From NCBI GenBank assembly GCA_902772915.1, contig CACYCE010000020.1, positions 16,848 to 80,847 of the forward strand: a stretch of DNA of 64,000 nucleotides, given 5' to 3'. The stretch's first letter is position 1. Every line of letters starts with the position of its first letter. Below are positions 49,442 through 58,376 of this stretch, one piece after another. The translations under genes were made by a program, and so were the position numbers. A model generated the notes under the pieces. That model was not told the origin of the DNA, ran no database searches, and saw only the letters and a program-made list of their open reading frames with translations. This DNA is from an uncultured Erysipelotrichaceae bacterium. Lineage in GTDB: Bacteria; Bacillota_I; Bacilli_A; RFN20; CAG-288.

Positions 49442-49675
49442 TTATTTTTCAATAAAGATATATTGTCTTCCATCATTAGAAGCATCTTGGACGACTTCTT
49501 TTGTTTCATTTTGATTTCTAAGGATATTTTCTTCGCTTATACGAGCTAAAGAAGTCAATGGAAGAAAAATAGCTAAGGCTAAAACTAACATACTTCCCGA
49601 AGCAATAGAAATATATTTGCATCTTCTATCAAATCCTTTGTAATGATTCTTAGTTAATTTTTCTTTCATTTGCAT
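49442..49675 (-). CDS. small single-TM protein in the FtsL position of the dcw cluster (FtsL-like, putative)
   Basis: 77 aa with a basic N-terminus, one TM (ISIASGSMLVLALAIFLPL) and a short extracytoplasmic tail. Directly after rsmH. Confidence 0.4.
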   Translation of the reverse strand: MQMKEKLTKNHYKGFDRRCKYISIASGSMLVLALAIFLPLTSLARISEENILRNQNETKEVVQDASNDGRQYIFIEK

Positions 49676-49681
49676 ATTCTT

Positions 49682-50617
49682 TTATATCCTTTCTATAATC
49701 CTTAATTTTGCCGAGTGAGAACGCGGATTATCTTCTAATTCTTTACTGCTAGGTTCGATTGGTTTTCTAGTAATAAGCCTATATTCTAGGGGTTTTAAAG
49801 AATTATCTATAGGCAAGAATTTATTTACTTCTTCTTTTTGGGTATATTCTTTAAAAATATTTTTAGCGATTCTATCTTCTAAAGAATTGAAGGTTATTAT
49901 TGCTAATCTTCCTTTGGAAGAGAGAAATTCTATCCCTTTTTTTAAGCCTATTTCCAATTCTTTAATCTCTCCATTTACTTCGTAACGCAGAGCTTGGAAA
50001 GTCTGCTTAGCTGGATGACCTTTCTTATTGAGAATAAAGCTAGGTAAGGCAGATTTGATGACATCTACTAAATCTAAAGTAGTCTCAATAGGTTTTTCTT
50101 CCCTTCTTTTAACAATGGCTTTAGCGATTAGAGGAGCAGATCTATCTTCTCCATATTTGAAGATTAAATCTCTCAATTCCTTCTCTGAATAAGTATTGAC
50201 TATATCATAAGCCGTAAAAGATGACGATAAATCCATTCTCATATCGAGTTTTCCATCAAATCTGTAAGAAAAACCACGTTCAGGATTATCAAATTGTGGT
50301 GAAGATACCCCTATATCTAGAAGGATGGCATCTACTTTATCCACCCCTTCTTCCTTCAATAAATCTATTATTTTGGAATAAGGTGAGTGATATAAAGAAT
50401 AATTGTTACCAATTTTAGAAAGAATAGAAGAAGAATAATCTAAGGCGTCTTGATCGTAATCACAAGCGTAGAGATGCCCTTCTTTAATAATTTCTAAGAT
50501 TTTAGATGAATCTCCTCCTCTTCCTAAAGTCATATCAATGACTTTAGAATCAATTTTGAGATTCAAGCCATCTATTGCTTCGTTTTGGAGAACAGATACG
50601 TGCTTATTGGAGGGCAT
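49682..50617 (-). CDS. rsmH: 16S rRNA (cytosine1402-N4)-methyltransferase
   Basis: DMTLGRGGDS and DIGVSSPQ MraW motifs. 311 aa. Follows mraZ. Confidence 0.9.
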   Translation of the reverse strand: MPSNKHVSVLQNEAIDGLNLKIDSKVIDMTLGRGGDSSKILEIIKEGHLYACDYDQDALDYSSSILSKIGNNYSLYHSPYSKIIDLLKEEGVDKVDAILLDIGVSSPQFDNPERGFSYRFDGKLDMRMDLSSSFTAYDIVNTYSEKELRDLIFKYGEDRSAPLIAKAIVKRREEKPIETTLDLVDVIKSALPSFILNKKGHPAKQTFQALRYEVNGEIKELEIGLKKGIEFLSSKGRLAIITFNSLEDRIAKNIFKEYTQKEEVNKFLPIDNSLKPLEYRLITRKPIEPSSKELEDNPRSHSAKLRIIERI

Positions 50618-51047
50618 GATTCTTTTCTCCTCTTAATTGCGAAGCTAATTTCTCATAATCTTTTTCTTCTTTTTCTAAAGAAGAATCTAATAACTCACTT
50701 GAGAAAATCTGCAAGTGATCGAAAGCACCAACGATGCTTACTTCCTTATTGATTTTGGCTTTCTTAAGTAAAAGAGCAGGAATCATCAAACGACCAACTT
50801 TGTCTACACTTCCTTCGTAAGTATTCGCGAAGAAGACTCTTTTTAGCGATCTAGAAGCTTGATTAAAATCATCTAAAGAAGCGATGTATTCAGCTTTTTT
50901 GAGATAAGTAGCTTCTGAATAAACCGATAGACATGAATCTAAATCTAAAGAAATGTAAACAGTAGAAGAAAGCTGCGATCTAAATTTCGCAGGGAGAACA
51001 ATACGATTTTTTTCGTCAAGCGAGTGTTCAAATTGACCTACAAACAT
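50604..51047 (-). CDS. mraZ: transcriptional regulator MraZ
   Basis: MFVGQFEHSLDEKNRIVLPAKFR plus a second DxxxR repeat. The start is set at ATG 51047; the track's longer start would translate the operator repeats. Confidence 0.85.
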   Translation of the reverse strand: MFVGQFEHSLDEKNRIVLPAKFRSQLSSTVYISLDLDSCLSVYSEATYLKKAEYIASLDDFNQASRSLKRVFFANTYEGSVDKVGRLMIPALLLKKAKINKEVSIVGAFDHLQIFSSELLDSSLEKEEKDYEKLASQLRGEKNHALQ

Positions 51048-51070
51048 CTTCCACTTTCTTCCCTTTCTAT

Positions 51071-51094
51071 CCACAAGATACCACAACTCCACAA
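51071..51094 (-). promoter_or_regulatory. three TTGTGG direct repeats (candidate MraZ operator) 25-48 nt upstream of mraZ
   Basis: Plus strand CCACAA at 51071, 51081 and 51089, which read TTGTGG on the mraZ strand; spacing 10 and 8 nt. Confidence 0.5.
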
Positions 51095-51196
51095 TTAATT
51101 CAATATTTAACTATAGTTAATTTAAAAAAAATAAAAATAAATTTTTAAATAAGCTGCTATGCTTTATAATTTAATATAGGGGTCGATGTTTTTTAT

Positions 51197-52336
51197 ATGA
51201 GTAATCCTTTTCGCAATTACACTCTAAGAATGACTGATGTTCGCAGAAGCGACAACGATATGAAATTCAGAGGAAGAATTTCTTATCGTGCCATGCGTAT
51301 CATCGCATCATTTTTTGTCTTACTTTCATCAATCGGAACCATTCTTATGGTTTACAAAAGTTTATTAGATACTGAAACTCAAAAAAGCCAGATTGAAGTA
51401 TTAGAGAACATCGCTACACTCTTCGCTGTTCTCTCCTTTAGTGCGATGCCACTAATGATTCTTTCAAAATTCTATCTAGTTATTAGAAACCGCGAATCAT
51501 TTAGAAACATGATACTTAAGTTTTTAGCCTTAACTTTGACATTCTACGCTATTTTCTTAATTGTCTATTTCCACTTTGGTATAACGCTTATCAACGTCTT
51601 ATATGAAGGCCCTTCCTTGCAAGAAAAAATGGCTTTGTTAGATTCCATTATCAAGTCAGTTTTCTCTTCATTCTTATCATTTAACCTCTTTATTGATATC
51701 TTCTTATGTACCTTGACCGCTTTCTTTTTCACTTACCGTCCTAAGAAATATTTCCAAGGTAAAAAGCTCATCATCTTTAGATGTTTTGCAGCTCTACCTA
51801 TCATATATGATTTAGCTTCTATGACTTTAAGAGGCTTAGATAAAGCGGCTATAGTCAATGTACCTGCTGTTATATTACCTTTATTCTCTGTTAAACCTCC
51901 GCTGTTATTTATCATCTTCTTATCTTTAATTGCCTACGTCAAAATAAGAGAAAGAATCTATATTAAAAAAGGTGGAACTCACGAAGGTTACAACGAATAC
52001 ATGAAATCCAATCACGCTTCTTTCCACTTTGCTTTATTCACTTCTATAAGTTTATTAATTGCTTCAGCTATCGATATAATTTTGCTCTATACCCTATATA
52101 AAGGTGTAGATTTAGAAGCTCCCGAAACTCCTACTTACATAATATTCTTAAATACTATGGGTGTAGGTAGATTAGCTTATGGTTTTATTGTAGTACCTTT
52201 TGTTTTCTTCTCTAATTACAACATCTATCACAAGAATCCGATTATTGACTCTTTGTTACCTGTTGTATTTTTCGGGTTAACAATAATTACCTTCATCGAA
52301 GGCTTCTTCCAGATATTCTTGCGATTAATGAGATAA
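51197..52336 (+). CDS. hypothetical polytopic membrane protein (8-9 TM)
   Basis: 379 aa with a basic N-terminus and multiple hydrophobic helices; no recognisable motif. TATAAT at 51165-51170 upstream. Confidence 0.55.
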   Translation: MSNPFRNYTLRMTDVRRSDNDMKFRGRISYRAMRIIASFFVLLSSIGTILMVYKSLLDTETQKSQIEVLENIATLFAVLSFSAMPLMILSKFYLVIRNRESFRNMILKFLALTLTFYAIFLIVYFHFGITLINVLYEGPSLQEKMALLDSIIKSVFSSFLSFNLFIDIFLCTLTAFFFTYRPKKYFQGKKLIIFRCFAALPIIYDLASMTLRGLDKAAIVNVPAVILPLFSVKPPLLFIIFLSLIAYVKIRERIYIKKGGTHEGYNEYMKSNHASFHFALFTSISLLIASAIDIILLYTLYKGVDLEAPETPTYIIFLNTMGVGRLAYGFIVVPFVFFSNYNIYHKNPIIDSLLPVVFFGLTIITFIEGFFQIFLRLMR

Positions 52337-52348
52337 CTTTTATTAAAA

Positions 52349-52425
52349 AAAGACCGATTTTGAAGTGAAACCCTCCTGTTAGTTTGTCCAACATTTGAAT
52401 TTCATTTCAATTTATCGGTCTTTTT
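52349..52425. terminator. two-tier long hairpin acting as a bidirectional terminator between convergent genes
   Basis: Outer stem aaagaccgat (52349-58) / atcggtcttt (52414-23); inner 11-bp stem ttgaagtgaaa / tttcatttcaa (one G-U); a 28-nt loop containing ccctcct; T-run downstream and A-run upstream. Confidence 0.5.
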
Positions 52426-52942
52426 CATTATCATCATCAATTAGATTAGCTAAGTCTGCAAAAGGTCTATAAGTATTTTCTTTTTCTTCCTCTTGAGCTT
52501 TCTTCTCTAAATATTCTTCTTCAGTGTAGAAAGAATAATCTTCCGAATCTTTATATTCTTTATGAACGTATTCTTCTTGAGGGATTGAATTATAGAAAAT
52601 AGCTTTGACAGCAGGAAGAAAATCATACTTCCCTTTTTCACAAGGCAAATCCGAATCAGAAGTAGAAGAAATATCTAGATAATCTTCAGTCTCCAATTTA
52701 AAATCGTACTCACCTTGATCATCTTTAATAATTAAATCACCTTCTAATTCAACTTTAACTGAGAAAGAATTTTCATCGTTAGAGGGATAAGAATTGATGT
52801 ACATTACTAAATTGTCAGCTTGAATTATGTGAGGATAAATTGATAAATCTTCCTTACTTAATTCAAAAGGAAAAACCAATTCCGTATCTAAGGAATTTAC
52901 TAAATCCGCTTGAGAGACGATTAATTTATCCTTATTTTTCAT
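52412..52942 (-). CDS. YceD/DUF177-like acidic protein (Cys ligands absent)
   Basis: 176 aa, highly acidic. VKVELEGDL and the C-terminal RPFADLANL match YceD blocks (VTVTLECQRC ... NPFAVLASL), but the Cys residues are missing. Overlaps the thyX stop. Confidence 0.45.
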   Translation of the reverse strand: MKNKDKLIVSQADLVNSLDTELVFPFELSKEDLSIYPHIIQADNLVMYINSYPSNDENSFSVKVELEGDLIIKDDQGEYDFKLETEDYLDISSTSDSDLPCEKGKYDFLPAVKAIFYNSIPQEEYVHKEYKDSEDYSFYTEEEYLEKKAQEEEKENTYRPFADLANLIDDDNEKDR

Positions 52943-53790
52943 CTTAAATAGCCTTCTTTTTCAAATTGTTCTTTAACTGCATTAAATATGACAGCAATAT
53001 CAGGATGAGCGCGAGGAGAAGTACGTAATTCAAAAATATGTTCGTATTCTTCTATAGAGCAAGTTAAATAGATTGTAGCCTTTAATTTAGTAGGTAAAAC
53101 TGCTCTAGCCATCTCTGGTTTAGAACCTAATTCTAACATTTTAAAATAAGCTTCTTCACTCGCTTTAAATGAAGCGTCGTAAGTCTCTTTAAATTGCTCG
53201 TAATCTAAAGGTTTGATAATAGTTATTTCATTGCCGAACTTATCTTTAGCGTAGTTACAATATCTAGTCGATTCTTGAGCGTAAGAAGCGACTCTATGTC
53301 TAACTAATTCGTGAGTGACTCCTCTATCGGTATCAATCTTAATAGTGACATATTTAACTTTTTTATAAATAGAATTGGGTAAAGCAGAAATTTCTTCTTC
53401 AGATAAGATTCTTCCTTGAGGTTTATTAAATTCATGATTGGGAAACATGTAATGACTATAAGAAGGTAAAATATCAATCAATTTACCAAAACTATTCTTT
53501 TCAAGAAGAGGTCTATAGGAGAAAGAAACTAAATATTCTCCCCCACATTCGAATAAATCTATAAATTTATCATTGATTTTAACTAATTCAAAATATAATT
53601 CTTTAGAAACAGAAGCGACAAAACGTCCATGTTCAAAAACAGCATAATGCTTAAATCCTTCTAGACGGAGGATGAAATCATTTTCGTTATCGTTTTTTAA
53701 AACTTGGTAACAATTGTGCGCTGCTAAAGCGACGTAAGTAGTTTTCTTTTCTTCTCTTATTTCAGTAAATGAGGCGTCAATGTAGCGCAT
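52939..53790 (-). CDS. thyX: flavin-dependent thymidylate synthase
   Basis: ThyX signature RHR-x7-S: LVRHRVASYAQESTRY. 283 aa. Confidence 0.85.
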   Translation of the reverse strand: MRYIDASFTEIREEKKTTYVALAAHNCYQVLKNDNENDFILRLEGFKHYAVFEHGRFVASVSKELYFELVKINDKFIDLFECGGEYLVSFSYRPLLEKNSFGKLIDILPSYSHYMFPNHEFNKPQGRILSEEEISALPNSIYKKVKYVTIKIDTDRGVTHELVRHRVASYAQESTRYCNYAKDKFGNEITIIKPLDYEQFKETYDASFKASEEAYFKMLELGSKPEMARAVLPTKLKATIYLTCSIEEYEHIFELRTSPRAHPDIAVIFNAVKEQFEKEGYLR

Positions 53791-53796
53791 AATTAA

Positions 53797-56145
53797 TTAT
53801 CCTTTCAATTTAACTTTGAGAGTGTGGGTGACATTTAGAATGATAGTGTTCAATAAAGAATTGATTTCATCATCAGTAAAAGATCTCTCTTCTCTAACCA
53901 AAGTTAAGGCAAAAGCTAAAGAAGTAATACTATCTTTGTTAAAGATATCAAAGACTTGAACATCGAGTAAATATTTACCTCCAGCTTTCTTGATTTCTCT
54001 AATAATATCCGCAGAAGTGACGTTTTCATCTAATAAGACGAAAGCTAAGTCTCTTCTAATAGGTTGAATAAGGGAAATTTGTTGCATCTTGAATTTAGAT
54101 GAATGTTGATTGACGACTTCTTCTAAATCCAATTCCAATAAATACATATTAGCGTATTCACCTTTAGGCATAGTTTCACCAAAAGTACCAATTACTTTCT
54201 TACCAATTAAAATATCTGCGCTTCTTCCTGGATGGAAAGAAGAATTTTTAGATCTAACTAGAGAATATCTTCTATCGTTGAAACCTAAAGTATCCATAAC
54301 TCTAATTAAAATTCCCTTTAAGTCGTAGAAATCATATTTTCTAGTTCTTAAGAAACCTTGTTCACTCTTAAAGCCATTTAAACCAATTGACAAATATGTA
54401 TGATGACCATTAGGGGTATCGACAGGCGAAATTTCAAATAAAGCTAAATCAGAATGCTTTCTTGCTTTATTGTAATTAATAGCTTGAGCTAAAGAAGATA
54501 ATATATCACTTCTTACATAGAGATGATCATCGCTAAGAGGATGTAAGACTTTAAAAGATTCGTTGTTAAAGACTCTTAATTCCTTATTTAATTTGTCGTT
54601 AATTAAAGTGTAAGTTATAGTTTCATTTAATCCAGCTTGAATTAAAGTCTCTCTAACTTTTCTAATCTTCAATTGTCTAGGATTTAATTCTCCAGAGGTG
54701 ATAGGCATGTTATTTAAGGAAATATCGATATATTTTTGATCGGATAATCTGAATACTTCCTCATCAATATCACATTGCTCAACTAAATCTAATCTATATT
54801 TATTCTTCTTAATTTCTTTCCCGTCAAACGATAAATGCAATCTATTTAAGACATCTAAGACGACTTCTTGAGGATAGCAAGAGCCTAGTCTCTTATTAAG
54901 TCTTTCGATAGAGAAAGGATAACTTCCCTTCAAATCTTCAACTTTATTGTAAATAGATAAGCCTTTAATTTCGGCTTCAGGGAAAAATTCTTTCAATAAT
55001 TTTAAAGTGTAATTGAAGTTTTCTTCCAATAAGTAAGGATTAGTACCTTTAACAAACAATTGCGAAGAATCGGAGACTAAACCTAATCTAGAGGAAGTGT
55101 GACGAATATCAGCGTGGTAAAAGTGTGCTGCTTCAATACCAATATGAGAAGTAGAATCATCAACTTCAACACTTCTTAAGCCCATAACTCCACCTAAGCA
55201 GCAAGGTTTAACTTTATCTTTAATAACAATATCACCTTCAATCACATCGTATTCTTTATCATTTAAAGCTAAAATTTTACCTTGGTAATTAGAAACAACT
55301 TCTAAATCGCCTTCGACTTTATCTAAATCGTACATGTGTAAAGGTTGACCAGTTAATAACATGGCGTAATTACCTAAATCGACGATTTTTGATACGGGTC
55401 TAATACCTAAAGAGCGTAAGTAATTGACGACTTCTTTAGGAGTCTCACCCTTAGATAAGTTAGTAACTTCCGCAAGTAAAAATTTATCGCAAGAAGGTGT
55501 AGAAGAAGTTACTTTAATAGTTTGTTTAACTTGAGGTAAATCCGAAGAAACATCAAATAATAACTTCGCATTTATCAAAGTAGAAATTTCTCTAGCTAAA
55601 CCGATATGAGATAAACAATCAGGTCTATTAGGTAAGATGTTTATATCTAAAATGGTATCATCTAAGCCTAGATAGCCTAGGACATTTCTCTCCCCTATAG
55701 GAGCATCATCATCGAGAAGATGAATTCCTGCTAAATCCTCTTCAGATTGGCTTTCTTTACAAACACCTAATTCAGATAAAGAACAGCACATACCGTTAGA
55801 TTCAAATCCTCTAATGACGCCTTTCTTAATGGTGACATCGATAGCTTTTAATTCACAACCAGGAAGAGCGACGATAACTTTTTTACCTTTAGCGACATTA
55901 GGAGCACCGCAAACTATATCTAAGACACCTTCTTGTCCGCAGTTAACTTTCAAGACGTGCAAATGGTCAGAATCAGGGTGTTTTTCGCAATAAGTAACTT
56001 GACCGATTACTAAAGAAGAGGCAGAAGCAGCTTTTTCAACTCCTTCGACTTCAAATTGCGCAAAAGTTAATTTATTAACCAATTCATCGACACTACAAGA
56101 AGATAAATCGACGAGAGTGGAAAGTAATTTATATGAAAATTTCAT
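53797..56145 (-). CDS. pheT: phenylalanyl-tRNA synthetase beta subunit
   Basis: 782 aa; N-terminal tRNA-binding OB domain, B3/B4, B5 and a C-terminal FDX-ACB domain. Confidence 0.9.
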   Translation of the reverse strand: MKFSYKLLSTLVDLSSCSVDELVNKLTFAQFEVEGVEKAASASSLVIGQVTYCEKHPDSDHLHVLKVNCGQEGVLDIVCGAPNVAKGKKVIVALPGCELKAIDVTIKKGVIRGFESNGMCCSLSELGVCKESQSEEDLAGIHLLDDDAPIGERNVLGYLGLDDTILDINILPNRPDCLSHIGLAREISTLINAKLLFDVSSDLPQVKQTIKVTSSTPSCDKFLLAEVTNLSKGETPKEVVNYLRSLGIRPVSKIVDLGNYAMLLTGQPLHMYDLDKVEGDLEVVSNYQGKILALNDKEYDVIEGDIVIKDKVKPCCLGGVMGLRSVEVDDSTSHIGIEAAHFYHADIRHTSSRLGLVSDSSQLFVKGTNPYLLEENFNYTLKLLKEFFPEAEIKGLSIYNKVEDLKGSYPFSIERLNKRLGSCYPQEVVLDVLNRLHLSFDGKEIKKNKYRLDLVEQCDIDEEVFRLSDQKYIDISLNNMPITSGELNPRQLKIRKVRETLIQAGLNETITYTLINDKLNKELRVFNNESFKVLHPLSDDHLYVRSDILSSLAQAINYNKARKHSDLALFEISPVDTPNGHHTYLSIGLNGFKSEQGFLRTRKYDFYDLKGILIRVMDTLGFNDRRYSLVRSKNSSFHPGRSADILIGKKVIGTFGETMPKGEYANMYLLELDLEEVVNQHSSKFKMQQISLIQPIRRDLAFVLLDENVTSADIIREIKKAGGKYLLDVQVFDIFNKDSITSLAFALTLVREERSFTDDEINSLLNTIILNVTHTLKVKLKG

Positions 56146-56150
56146 CTTTT

Positions 56151-57182
56151 CTATTCCTTTCTAAATTGACCTAAGAAAGTAATATCAGAATTAAATAACT
56201 TTCTGATATCGTCGATGCCAAATTTCAACATCGCTAATCTTTCAATTCCAATGCCAAAAGCGAAACCTTGATAAATATCAGGATCAAATCCGTTTAATCT
56301 TAAAACTTCAGGGTGAACCATACCTGCACCTAAGATTTCAATCCATCCAGTATGCTTGCAGATATCGCATCCTTTACCTTGGCATTCAAAGCAAGAAACA
56401 TCAACTTCGATACTAGGTTCAGTAAACGGGAAGAAAGAAGGGCGGAAACGAACTTCTCTTTTCTCTCCAAAGATATGTTTAGCCATTAAATCTAAGGTTT
56501 TCATTAAATTACCCATAGAAGCTTTTTCAGATATTACTAAACCTTCACATTGAGAGAATTGGTGAGAGTGAGTTAAATCATCATCATCTCTTCTGTAGGT
56601 TTTACCAGGGCAAATGATCTTGATAGGACCTTGGCCTTTAGCTTCTTGCATAACGTGAGCTTGAACGCCGCTAGTTTGACTTCTCAAAAGTAAATTGTCA
56701 GAGATATAAAAGGAATCTTGCATATCTCTAGAGGGGTGATCTTTAGGTATATTAACTAATTCAAAATTGAATAAATCTAAGTCAACTTCGTTGCCTTCAG
56801 CGACTTTATATCCCATACCAATAAAGAAATCAGTTAGTTCATCAATAATAATTTGACAAGGATGTTTAGCTCCAAAATCATAAGTATTACCAGGAAGAGT
56901 AATATCGCACTTTTCTTTTTCTAACTTAGATTTGATTTGTTCTTCTTCAAGTTCTTTTTCTTTCTCTTCAAAAAGGGATTCTAAAGTATTTTTAAATATG
57001 TTGATTCTTTGACCGAAGTTCCCTTTTTCTTCTTTAGGTAAATCTTTTAAATCTTTGAAAGCTTGTTTGACTACAGATGAGCCTCCTAAATATTTAGCCT
57101 TGAGTTCGACTAATTTAGAATTTTCATGAATATCAGCAAGTCTTTGCTTAGCTTCTGCTAAGACTTCATCGAAATTTATCAT
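56151..57182 (-). CDS. pheS: phenylalanyl-tRNA synthetase alpha subunit
   Basis: 343 aa; class II motifs (FRPSFFPFTEPS, GAGMVHP...GFAFGIGIERL). Confidence 0.9.
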   Translation of the reverse strand: MINFDEVLAEAKQRLADIHENSKLVELKAKYLGGSSVVKQAFKDLKDLPKEEKGNFGQRINIFKNTLESLFEEKEKELEEEQIKSKLEKEKCDITLPGNTYDFGAKHPCQIIIDELTDFFIGMGYKVAEGNEVDLDLFNFELVNIPKDHPSRDMQDSFYISDNLLLRSQTSGVQAHVMQEAKGQGPIKIICPGKTYRRDDDDLTHSHQFSQCEGLVISEKASMGNLMKTLDLMAKHIFGEKREVRFRPSFFPFTEPSIEVDVSCFECQGKGCDICKHTGWIEILGAGMVHPEVLRLNGFDPDIYQGFAFGIGIERLAMLKFGIDDIRKLFNSDITFLGQFRKE

Positions 57183-57213
57183 GTAACGACCTTTCTAATA
57201 ATTTATCTAGAAA

Positions 57214-58365
57214 TTAATTGTTCTCACCATCTTCCTTATTATCTTCATCATCAGAAGAGGAGAAGAAATTAGGTAAGATATCGTCTTCTTCAGAAAAATC
57301 TTGGTTCTCGGAAGTGACTTGAGCAGGATTGACGTCTTCTCTTCTGATATCTTGAGAAACAGGTTTAGTTTCAATTCCAGATCTAGAAGTGATGACAGAA
57401 GTGTTATCTAACAAAGGAGTTTCGTTATCAAAATCAGTAGCGATAACTGAAACATTCATAATATCTTCAAATTCAGGGTTAGTTTGAATACCAAAGATGA
57501 TGTTGACATCTCCCCCGGCGACTTCAGTAATGTATCTGACCGCTTCTTGAGCTTCATTTAAAGAGACTTCATTACCACCTGTGATGTTGATAATTGCGCT
57601 TTTTGCACCTTTGATAGAAGCTTCTAATAGAGGTGAAGCAATAGCGGCATTTGCGGCTTCTTTAGCTTTATCAGGACCAGAAGCTGAGCCTATACCAATC
57701 ATGGCTAAACCTTTGTTTTTTAAAGTAGATCTGACGTCAGCAAAATCCAAATTAATGATGCCAGGTAATAAAATTAAATCAGTAATAGTCTTAACAGATT
57801 GAGCTAAGACTTTATCAGATTCATGGAAGGCATCTTTAATAGAAGATTTACCATTCATGAACATCAATTTATCATTAGAGACAATAATTAAAGAATCGAC
57901 GTTTTCTTTTAAGGTTTCAATTCCTGCCATAGCTTTTTTAATTCTCGCATTACCTTCAAAAGTAAATGGACGAGTGACAATAGCCAAAGTTAACGCTCCT
58001 AATTCTTTTGCAGCAGCAGCGACTACAGGAGCAGCACCGGTTCCAGTTCCTCCGCCTTCCCCACAAGCAATAAAGACCATATCGTGATCGCCGATAATCT
58101 CTTTAATTTTATCAATAGAATCTTCAGCAGCTTTCTTTCCTACTTCAGGATCTCCTCCAGCACCTAGGCCTTTAGTGATATTTTGCCCAATGACAAGGGT
58201 GTTGGGAGATTTAGAAGTAGCCAAAGCCTGAGCATCGGTATTTAAGACACAAAAATCTATATTTTTTAAACCATCTTCAACCATTTCATTAACTGCGTTA
58301 GATCCACCACCACCAACACCGATGACGATAATCTTAACGTAAGATTCAAAGGCATCTAATTCCAT
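57214..58365 (-). CDS. ftsZ: cell division GTPase FtsZ
   Basis: IKVIGVGGGGSNAVNEM and GGGTGTGAAPVVA are the tubulin signature. 383 aa with an acidic C-terminal tail. Confidence 0.95.
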   Translation of the reverse strand: MELDAFESYVKIIVIGVGGGGSNAVNEMVEDGLKNIDFCVLNTDAQALATSKSPNTLVIGQNITKGLGAGGDPEVGKKAAEDSIDKIKEIIGDHDMVFIACGEGGGTGTGAAPVVAAAAKELGALTLAIVTRPFTFEGNARIKKAMAGIETLKENVDSLIIVSNDKLMFMNGKSSIKDAFHESDKVLAQSVKTITDLILLPGIINLDFADVRSTLKNKGLAMIGIGSASGPDKAKEAANAAIASPLLEASIKGAKSAIINITGGNEVSLNEAQEAVRYITEVAGGDVNIIFGIQTNPEFEDIMNVSVIATDFDNETPLLDNTSVITSRSGIETKPVSQDIRREDVNPAQVTSENQDFSEEDDILPNFFSSSDDEDNKEDGENN

Positions 58366-58376
58366 AAATTTCCCTC

